Source: an uncultured archaeon (lineage in GTDB: Archaea; Asgardarchaeota; Thorarchaeia; Thorarchaeales; Thorarchaeaceae). From it: a stretch of 14,526 nt of DNA. Where the stretch lies: the NCBI GenBank assembly GCA_964590575.1, contig CAZPWM010000079.1:1-14526 (forward strand), written 5' to 3'. Under the pieces are notes generated by a model. It did no database searches. It was not told where the DNA came from and saw nothing but the letters and a program-made list of their open reading frames with translations. This document shows, piece after piece, positions 7,579 to 14,526 of the stretch. Each line of letters starts with the position of its first letter. Position 1 is the first letter of the stretch. A program made the translations under genes and the position numbers.

Positions 7579-7818
7579 TTGTATAGAATGAATCAGAAGA
7601 AAGGTCTTGGATTAAGAGGACCAGTGGCATTAGCACTGGGAGGAGCAATCACTGTATTCCCATTCTTAGGATTTGCCCAGCTATTATATGAAGGAAGACT
7701 CTCTTTCCCATATGAAGGCGCAGCAATGGGAATGATGCTCTATGTCACCGTCCTCACGTTCTTTGGTTTGTTAATAGCAGGAATGGGGCTCCAGATGATT
7801 TTAGAGGATAGCAAGTAA
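7579..7818 (+). CDS. Small two-TM membrane protein
   Basis: 79 aa with two hydrophobic helices; GGTGG upstream of the TTG start. Confidence 0.75.
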   Translation: MYRMNQKKGLGLRGPVALALGGAITVFPFLGFAQLLYEGRLSFPYEGAAMGMMLYVTVLTFFGLLIAGMGLQMILEDSK

Positions 7819-7828
7819 GGCTTATTGC

Positions 7829-8221
7829 TCAAGTTAGTTTACGGATAGCTCGCATATCCTCAATGAAGAGAAATCCAAATATCAAATCGACAGTAACGAA
7901 CAGAACAACCCATATTGATGCTTGTCCAAGGAAGAACCATATCGTAGGTATTGCGAAGACCATGAATTTCTCAAAACATGCCATCAAGATAAGACCGTGA
8001 TTTTCCTTCATACTTTTACTAACAAGGTAGAAGCCTATTCCAAATACAAAGACCATACCCATGAAAGAATCGAACCAGAGCATTGTGTTTGGTATATCAA
8101 GATCAAATGTCAGAAAATAGTTAATGTCAATCCTCGAGAGCGCAAAAAATGAGGTCGCGAGGAGCCAGTTCCAAATCGCAGCTGCAAGAAACATGAGTCG
8201 ATGATATTGTTCTCTATCCAA
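7829..8221 (-). CDS. Four-TM hypothetical membrane protein
   Basis: 130 aa with four hydrophobic segments; GGTGA RBS 7 nt upstream of the TTG start. Confidence 0.82.
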   Translation of the reverse strand: MDREQYHRLMFLAAAIWNWLLATSFFALSRIDINYFLTFDLDIPNTMLWFDSFMGMVFVFGIGFYLVSKSMKENHGLILMACFEKFMVFAIPTIWFFLGQASIWVVLFVTVDLIFGFLFIEDMRAIRKLT

Positions 8222-8307
8222 TAGGGTTTCACCAATCGGTACTTGATAATCTAAGATATAACTCCAGCGTCTATCTTTCCTATGTATAATCTGCGGGATT
8301 GAAACTG

Positions 8308-8346
8308 AAAAAAGTGGTCACAGGAGAGGTCAGCAGACCCCTCCTG
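8308..8346 (-). terminator. Terminator-like hairpin downstream of the M14 peptidase gene
   Basis: Minus strand CAGGAGGGGTC-TGCT-GACCTCTCCTG (11 bp, one G-U) followed by TGACCACTTTTTT. Confidence 0.7.
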
Positions 8347-8380
8347 AATGCATGTTTCCTACTAGTTGTGGATTTTTGAT

Positions 8381-10084
8381 TCAACGGATTTTCGTAAAAT
8401 AGACCACGAGAACGAGGGCTACAATTGCAACTCCCACAACAACACCAATGAGAAGCGGATCAAGTCCCGCCTCAGGGGTTCCAAGGGATACAACAAACTC
8501 AGTGAATCCAGTGTAGTTGTTACCGATGAACAAGCTGAAACCAGTGGCGGTCAGGTCCTCCGAGAGTTGAACAGTCGCCTGATCTGTAAGGGTTTGACCC
8601 CCGTTCACTGCAATTGTGGAGTCCAGAACATTTCTGGCGCTATCAAGAATCAATACTCCTCCTTTGCTACCAAGACGAGGACTCAGACATTCAGTCCGAG
8701 TAGACAATGTAAGATTATCACCTGTAGTCATTCCACCAGTTATACCAGTCACCATCACATCGAGTCTGGGAGTCATTTCAAGCAGATATTCAAATGCAGC
8801 AAGAAGGTCTTCCCAAAGCGGATTGATACCTGCCTCGACTGGATTGAAATAGCCATAGATCTCTTTCCACTCACGGATGATGTGTGTGTTATTATTCACA
8901 ATGATCGTATAAGCTTCGGCCAAGTCTGCAGAGGCATTGTGATATATCTCGAATGTAATCGGCACCGTGGTGCCTCGTTCATAGTACATCCACCCCTCCC
9001 ATCCGCCGCTTGTACCAGCTTCCTCTGACATTTGTGAGGGAATGTAACCAAGATACTCATTGAAGCCATCTGGCAAAATATCCGCGTAATCGGAAGCTAT
9101 TTGATAATAGAGGACGGGTTCGGTCCAGTCTTCATACTCATCAGTAGGGAAGTATGTTGTGTTGATTCCGGAATGGAGCGAATATGCCATAGCAAATCGG
9201 TGATTCAATGCGAAATCGCGAAATGCCTGAGTTTCATTTTCTGAGAATGGTTCGGTTCCACAATAGACCTGTGTGATTGGATTTTGTAGGTCCGGGTTGT
9301 TGAGACCCCAGAAGACGGGATAGTTTCGATTGAGGTCGACAAGGCCTACTTCATCCTCATTGAATAATGTATCATTATCATTGTCAATTCCTTCCCAATA
9401 CTCCCAATCGTAGTCAAAAATACCGGGAGTTTCTGTGGGATAGTCTTTCTCATAAACTAGGAAATTAGAGATCCATCCATCACCGTTGGTATCCTCAACG
9501 TCATCCTCAGAGGAGTAACCATCGTCATCATTATCGAATGGTTTAAGGTTCTTACGTAACCAGTGATTTCCTTGGTTGACAACCATTTCCAGAGCGTCGG
9601 GATTGAGGGTTGGGATAATGAAAATCTCCTGAGTGTCAACATACTCGGTAATGATATCATCGACACCGTAGTTGTTGAGCAGATGGAGAATGAATCTCAA
9701 AGCCATCTCTACAGTGATCTGCTCTCGTCCATGATGATGTGCAACAACCAATGTCTTTGCCTTCTGGACGGTGTTCATCTCGTTTGTTATACGGAGACAT
9801 GTCAGATTGCGTCCTTGATAACTCTGACCAATTATCTCCAGGTCTACGAGTTCTGGTACAAGACTATGAATATTCTCAATCTCCTCATCCACCTCAATAG
9901 GGTCATGGAACTGCTCATCATAAAGTAGCGAGATATTATCCCACGTTCGGGTCACGGAAGGTGTGACTACCTTCTCTATAATAGGTACAGTTCCTGTTTG
10001 CTGAGAAGCCATCACCTGAACAGGTGCGATGGTCAATGCCAGAATCAGAGTGAGTAGTAAAATCCTTGATCTGGTTTGTGTGAT
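8381..10084 (-). CDS. Membrane-anchored M14 family zinc carboxypeptidase; probable start is ATC at 10084 rather than TTG at 10036
   Basis: M14 motifs HHGRE (HxxE), NPD, LRKN, VDLNRNY, PFSENETQA, YSLHS, TFEI; C-terminal TM. A 16-codon upstream extension completes a signal peptide and follows GAGGTGA. Confidence 0.92.
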   Translation of the reverse strand: MTQTRSRILLLTLILALTIAPVQVMASQQTGTVPIIEKVVTPSVTRTWDNISLLYDEQFHDPIEVDEEIENIHSLVPELVDLEIIGQSYQGRNLTCLRITNEMNTVQKAKTLVVAHHHGREQITVEMALRFILHLLNNYGVDDIITEYVDTQEIFIIPTLNPDALEMVVNQGNHWLRKNLKPFDNDDDGYSSEDDVEDTNGDGWISNFLVYEKDYPTETPGIFDYDWEYWEGIDNDNDTLFNEDEVGLVDLNRNYPVFWGLNNPDLQNPITQVYCGTEPFSENETQAFRDFALNHRFAMAYSLHSGINTTYFPTDEYEDWTEPVLYYQIASDYADILPDGFNEYLGYIPSQMSEEAGTSGGWEGWMYYERGTTVPITFEIYHNASADLAEAYTIIVNNNTHIIREWKEIYGYFNPVEAGINPLWEDLLAAFEYLLEMTPRLDVMVTGITGGMTTGDNLTLSTRTECLSPRLGSKGGVLILDSARNVLDSTIAVNGGQTLTDQATVQLSEDLTATGFSLFIGNNYTGFTEFVVSLGTPEAGLDPLLIGVVVGVAIVALVLVVYFTKIR

Positions 10085-10264
10085 CTTGGTTCACCTCGTA
10101 TTTTGCGCTAGCTCGAAGGTTCCCAGTCAAACCTCCTGACAATCTCATGTTCTGGGACCTAATAGCAGACTCTCAGAATACTAGCATAGATGTAATATGT
10201 TTGAGGTTCAAAGTAATCCTTGTCCCTTTGGTTCTAGCTATATCCTATAATAGCCGTTTCTAAC

Positions 10265-10655
10265 CTGTTTCTTTAGAGTGAGTGAATCTCAACTGAAAGA
10301 AACCTCTGTGTTCCGCCCCTCTCTTGCCAGTGTCACCACCTCTCAAAGTCCATAGGACTTCAAGATTGGCAAGAGCATTGTCAACGTTCATCGGGATGAG
10401 ATCCCTCCTGAAGACCTGGCCTCTTTCTCCTGTCCTGAAGCTAGAACATCACTTCCAGCGACAGAGAGAGTTTCCACAGTTCTTACCACGGCGGGGTCAT
10501 CATCACCCTTCCCAGCATCATCACTGAAACTGAGAAGACTCGTCTGAGCACGGTGAATAACCGCGGACTCTCCGAAACCTGATGTAAGTTTCCTCATGGA
10601 GAGTAAGAACTTCCCTCTGGAAGACTTCCTTCAGGCTTTCAGTCGCGCACGTCGA
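10265..10655 (-). ncRNA. Putative large structured non-coding RNA of unrecognised family
   Basis: Many nested helices whose A-C mismatches on + become G-U pairs on the minus strand; GNRA-capped stems; no convincing ORF. Confidence 0.5.
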
Positions 10656-10975
10656 GCTTTGTCTAAAACCCTAGTCCACAAACCTAGTCCTATCATAATT
10701 TTCTGTATTGATACAAGCATATGAACTCATACAATTAGTATTGTACGAGCTGTGAAGGAGTGAGTTGGATTGATGAGAGAAGAGAGTTTTATCAAGAGAT
10801 AAAGTCACTTTCCACAAACCATCTCTATTGTTTGGTGAGTTCAAAATTGCCGTATGTCCCTGAATGAGTGAATGATACTCATAGCCGTTTAGTTTCACGT
10901 AACCTCTTGCGGTTTTTTTGGTTTGAAACAATGTACATAAGAGGGAACGGACAAAGACTCTAGCGGCGACAGTCC

Positions 10976-11434
10976 ATGAAGAAAGCAATCATCGTCTATG
11001 AAAGTCTCTATGGAAATACGAAGAAGATTGCAGAGGCAATTAGCGAGGGTATAAGCAAAGTGGAAGGTGTTGAATGTCTGATCAGAAAGACCGGAGAGAT
11101 TCACACTGATGACCTCTGTGATTATGACGCAATTCTGTTTGGGTGTCCAAACCATAATCAAGCGCCAGCGTTGAATCTAGTACGTTTTATTGATAGAGCT
11201 GCGATAGTTCATCTCAACGCGAAGATTGGCGCAGTATTTGACACATACACTGGTGGAAACAAGGATGTTGCTGTTGCTAAGCTAGAAGCGATCATACTGA
11301 AGAAACTTCCAGGTATTTCCCTTGAAGGAAGATTATCAGCTAAGGTCACTGGTCGAAAAGGACCACTGGCCGATGATGAAATGTCAAAAGCGAAAGAGTT
11401 TGGGAATAAGTTTGGAAAGAGGATTTTGGAGTAG
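10976..11434 (+). CDS. Flavodoxin family protein
   Basis: FMN phosphate-binding loop IVYESLYGNTKKIAEAI, YDAILFGCP, and KIGAVFDTY; C-terminal AKEFG helix. Confidence 0.93.
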   Translation: MKKAIIVYESLYGNTKKIAEAISEGISKVEGVECLIRKTGEIHTDDLCDYDAILFGCPNHNQAPALNLVRFIDRAAIVHLNAKIGAVFDTYTGGNKDVAVAKLEAIILKKLPGISLEGRLSAKVTGRKGPLADDEMSKAKEFGNKFGKRILE

Positions 11435-11513
11435 CTTCCTCATAATGCTAACAATTCATAAGCATTGGTGCATAGATAGATTCTGGATTTGCGCAGGTTA
11501 GGAGGTAAACCTT

Positions 11514-12119
11514 ATGCAAAGGAAAAAGATGCTATTTGCGATGATTATTGGTATTACCTTGTTCATCACTGACATGATGGTTGGATGGATGTCATTCTCT
11601 CTTGGTGGGATTTGGACTCTCTTTCTCATTGTCTTCATTGTCGGAATCCTTGCGGGTGACATGTCTGGAGGATTCGTTGCAGGGATATTAACTGAGCTAT
11701 TGGGTGTCGGACTATTAGCGATATTTCCAGAAATCTTCTTCCCTGAAATCACTATCTCAGCAACAGACATTCTCTCTCGGATGTGGCTTGTCATGGCATT
11801 ATCACTCTCGTACAGAATGAGATTTCCCGATGCACCAGTTCCATGGATTGAAACTTTAGTGATCATCATATTGCTAATCGCACTTGCCCCTATTGTTTAT
11901 GCGATGGCCCTTCTATTCGGTCCTTTGGGTGGGCTCATTGGCGGTTTCATCTATCGGAGAATCTTCAGACCAGAGGGAACTCCAGTAAGAGCTTCCACTC
12001 AGGCACCTCAAACGTCAGCACCACAACCGCCTCAAGATGAACCGGTGGATGATGCATCACTCCCAGAAACAGACTCTGACGACGAACCATCTGCTCCAGA
12101 TCTTGAACCATCCGAGTGA
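11514..12119 (+). CDS. Hypothetical multi-pass membrane protein with Pro/acidic disordered tail
   Basis: GGAGGT RBS; several Gly-rich hydrophobic helices; low-complexity P/D/E tail. Confidence 0.85.
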   Translation: MQRKKMLFAMIIGITLFITDMMVGWMSFSLGGIWTLFLIVFIVGILAGDMSGGFVAGILTELLGVGLLAIFPEIFFPEITISATDILSRMWLVMALSLSYRMRFPDAPVPWIETLVIIILLIALAPIVYAMALLFGPLGGLIGGFIYRRIFRPEGTPVRASTQAPQTSAPQPPQDEPVDDASLPETDSDDEPSAPDLEPSE

Positions 12120-12283
12120 AGAAGAGATAGAAATACAACAACCCAAATATGCACTAGTTACAGTTATAACATATTATATGCTATTAGTATGATAAGAACT
12201 TACACCAGTTCTAATAATCCCAGATTTCAGTGCATGAGCAGATGTCAACTGAACGACCTGGAGAAAAACCCTGAGATAAAATA

Positions 12284-12616
12284 ATGAAGACTGAGGCGGC
12301 AACCGTGTCTGATACAGAAGTAAAAACTGCATGTGGGCAGTGTTCCTGCATAATAATGTACACTTCCGAGTTCTGTGTTTTTTGTGATGCCGCAGAAGAG
12401 ATTCTGATTGAAGCTCTGACAAACTTCGGGGTCTCTAGAGCTGTCATCCGTCAAGTCGATGTTGAAACAGAGGATGCGTGTGGGTGCAGAACTGATGACG
12501 TCACAATGTTGCCAACTATCAAAGTCTGTGACAAACATCTTACTGGACTGCCAGAAGAACAATCCATGAAGGATGCAGTCATGCAGGCGATCATGAAGGA
12601 TTGTTTCTGCGAGTAG
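12284..12616 (+). CDS. Cysteine-rich thioredoxin/glutaredoxin-like protein
   Basis: YTSEFCVFC (CxxC after strand 1), VDV, and the cis-Pro motif VTMLPTI followed by LTGLP. Confidence 0.82.
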   Translation: MKTEAATVSDTEVKTACGQCSCIIMYTSEFCVFCDAAEEILIEALTNFGVSRAVIRQVDVETEDACGCRTDDVTMLPTIKVCDKHLTGLPEEQSMKDAVMQAIMKDCFCE

Positions 12617-12618
12617 TG

Positions 12619-13098
12619 CTAGAAATCTAGTTGAATTGTCTCCCAACGTACTTTTCCCTGCTCCACTGCTTCTTTGATTTTCCGTTCAGTACGATTCAAT
12701 GTCGCGTTACCAGTCTTGATGTCCGCCAGAACCACTGTAATGGGTTTATCGGAGTTACTGTCCTTGACTGCTGTATATCCATCGAAAATAATGTAATCGA
12801 TGGGGGCTCCAAGGAACCGGGCATCTGAGGGGTCATATTTGAAGACATCTTTGTACATTGGAACCATGTGCTCGGCAATCTTTCCCTTCAAGACATACCG
12901 ACTTCTATCCGCAGCATCTTTTCTGATTGAAGACTCCTGTTCAGCCCAGGTCAGGCGAAACTCCTTCTCTACCATTGCAATCCTATGACGAAGTTGCATT
13001 TTCATTATCAAATAGACAGAGGCAGCTAGAACCAGTCCAATCGATAAGCCAATGAGAATATCTGTGAATGCCATACAATGATTTGTAATTGACTCCAT
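12619..13098 (-). CDS. Holliday-junction-resolvase-like PD-(D/E)xK endonuclease with N-terminal TM anchor (Endonuc_Holl-type)
   Basis: N-terminal TM, coiled segment, and family motifs SRYVLKGKIAEH, DARFLGAPIDYIIFDG, DIKTG, VRWE. Confidence 0.87.
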   Translation of the reverse strand: MESITNHCMAFTDILIGLSIGLVLAASVYLIMKMQLRHRIAMVEKEFRLTWAEQESSIRKDAADRSRYVLKGKIAEHMVPMYKDVFKYDPSDARFLGAPIDYIIFDGYTAVKDSNSDKPITVVLADIKTGNATLNRTERKIKEAVEQGKVRWETIQLDF

Positions 13099-13283
13099 AT
13101 ATTCTCAGGTAATCAGGGGGTATTCGCCAGAGATTACATTTCTCATAGGAAAAAAGTGGAAGGAGAGCAAAAAGCATTCACATTAGATAGAGATTCTCGC
13201 TAAATAATACTACATAATGACTGAGTTTCATCAAACCCGACCCTTAAGTGTGAGTTTCGTAAGAAGATAGGTGGTGAGTCAGT

Positions 13284-14333
13284 GTGTCCGAAGAAACCTT
13301 GGAACTCCTGAAGGTGTTGTCAGCAACCCCAGGTCCAGTTGGAAGAGAAGCATTGGTCCAAGATATTGTCAAAGAGCGCTTCAAGGATCATTGTGGGGGT
13401 TTCACTCAGGATCGTATTGGCAATGTTGTGGGAACCTTAGAAGGAGATATCGACAAACACTACGCAATAGTAGCTCATGCTGATGAAGTGGGTTTCCTCG
13501 TGAGTAGCATAGATGAGAAAGGTTTCTTACGCGTCAAATGGAATACGCAGGGACACTTGCCAGACCTTAGACTCCTCCCAGGACAATGGGTCTTGATTTT
13601 GACTGAGAAAGGTTTGATACCCGGGGTATTTTGCGTAAAGACTGCACATTTAGCAGGACCTGAGGGAAAAAACAGAATCCCAACTTATGAAGAGGTCTTC
13701 TTGGATATTGGAGCTAAAAATGCAGAGGATATTCAGGAATTGGGTATTAACATAGGAGACCCAGTAATCTATGCAGCACCTGTTGAGAGGTTGTTGAATC
13801 ATCACGTATCAGGAAAATCAATGGATGACAGAGTTGGACTCGTAGTGTTATTGAGGGCCTTGGAGCAATTTGCCAAAATGCCAAAAGCCAAACGACCCAC
13901 TATCACCTTTGTATCCACAGTGATGGAGGAATTAGGAGCAAAAGGAGCAGCTGTAGTAGCAAAAGACCTTGATGTGGATGCAATCATTATTCTGGACATT
14001 GGTCTCGCAGACGATCATCCAGGGACAAATGGAGAGTTTGGTATCTCTCTTGGAAAAGGACCGATCATTGTTATCAAGGACAGCGCGATGCATTACTCAC
14101 ATGAATTTGTTCTGAGGATAATCAAAACAGCTGAGAAAGAGAAAATTCCAATACAACGGGCTGTTTTCCACTCGTACATGACGGATGGCGTCCAGTTTGC
14201 TTCTCAAGGTCAGGTTGTATCTGTCTTGGCAATACCTTGTAGATATTCACATTCAAGCTTTGAAACTGTAAACCTCTTGGATGTCGACATGACTATTCAT
14301 CTACTGATGAAACTACTCACATCTAATTCCTAG
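13284..14333 (+). CDS. M42 family metallo-aminopeptidase (TET/FrvX-like)
   Basis: GPVGRE, DRIGN, AHADEVG, GKSMDDRVG, MEELGAKGA, LDIG, TDG, IPCRYSHS. GTG start after GGTGGTGA. Confidence 0.95.
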   Translation: MSEETLELLKVLSATPGPVGREALVQDIVKERFKDHCGGFTQDRIGNVVGTLEGDIDKHYAIVAHADEVGFLVSSIDEKGFLRVKWNTQGHLPDLRLLPGQWVLILTEKGLIPGVFCVKTAHLAGPEGKNRIPTYEEVFLDIGAKNAEDIQELGINIGDPVIYAAPVERLLNHHVSGKSMDDRVGLVVLLRALEQFAKMPKAKRPTITFVSTVMEELGAKGAAVVAKDLDVDAIIILDIGLADDHPGTNGEFGISLGKGPIIVIKDSAMHYSHEFVLRIIKTAEKEKIPIQRAVFHSYMTDGVQFASQGQVVSVLAIPCRYSHSSFETVNLLDVDMTIHLLMKLLTSNS

Positions 14334-14526
14334 CAGTTTTGTCAGCGTATGGTTCCACTAATACTTTCAGGCTCTCGCGGGAAACAATAACGACCTCTGT
14401 ACCTGATTTTATATCTCCAACATCACATCGAGCATCCCAGATTTCAGCACCGACCCGTATCTTACCTGCAACTTGTGATACGTCTTTGATTACAGTGCCT
14501 CTCATTCCTTGGAGCTCATAGAAGGG
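14323..14526 (-). CDS. NfeD-family C-terminal OB-fold domain, 3' part; gene begins outside the window
   Basis: GMRGTVI...GKIRVGAEIWDAR...IKSGTEVVIVSRESLKVLVEP matches the NfeD-C pattern. Stop overlaps the M42 gene end by 11 nt. Confidence 0.85.
   Translation of the reverse strand, partial: PFYELQGMRGTVIKDVSQVAGKIRVGAEIWDARCDVGDIKSGTEVVIVSRESLKVLVEPYADKTARN

Noticed and set aside
8366-9028. 220-aa plus-strand ORF and other short ORFs overlapping the called genes
   Set aside because: Antisense or alternate-frame shadows of well-supported genes.
10388-10597. 69-aa minus-strand ORF, or a UGA-readthrough selenoprotein extension of it
   Set aside because: No recognisable domain, no clear RBS, no Cys/Sec motif context; the region is better explained by RNA structure, though coding is not excluded.
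10265-10655. Assignment as RNase P RNA, SRP RNA, TPP or cobalamin riboswitch, or group II intron
   Set aside because: Only isolated partial motifs (GAGGAAAC, CTGAGA...ACCTGAT, GGGAAGG, GTGCG) in the wrong order or without required partners: no P4 3' strand, no SRP helix 8, no domain V.
10671-10988. 105-aa minus-strand ORF
   Set aside because: Atypical composition, overlaps the flavodoxin start and its likely promoter region, no recognisable motif.
12619-13098. Resolvase-like nuclease as the cassette recombinase
   Set aside because: 7.5 kb from the array among ordinary genes; a TM-anchored PD-(D/E)xK family with no known integrase role and nothing linking it to the repeats.

Overview
Archaeal chromosomal window. 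An Asgard (Thorarchaeia-like) origin is inferred from the archaeal/eukaryote-type uS19 C-terminus, GGTGA-type ribosome-binding sites, a 24-aa LRR protein and several C-terminally anchored surface proteins. The window opens with the 3' end of ribosomal protein gene rps19 (uS19). The last ~29 codons of that gene recur twice downstream (3718-3804, 5002-5088) as direct repeats that differ mostly at synonymous sites. Each interval between copies holds exactly one opposite-strand, membrane-anchored surface-protein gene: a 1137-aa papain-like protease and a 355-aa beta-helix protein. No integrase or transposase is present. This looks like an array of single-gene cassettes stacked in the rps19 3' end and is the main finding. 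The remainder holds LRR, M14 carboxypeptidase, flavodoxin, thioredoxin-like, Holliday-junction-resolvase-like, M42 peptidase and partial NfeD genes plus hypotheticals. Also notable are an unexplained ~400-nt highly structured minus-strand region (10265-10655), a nested domain insertion in the protease and a probable ATC start codon. All calls come from reading the sequence by eye; no searches were run.
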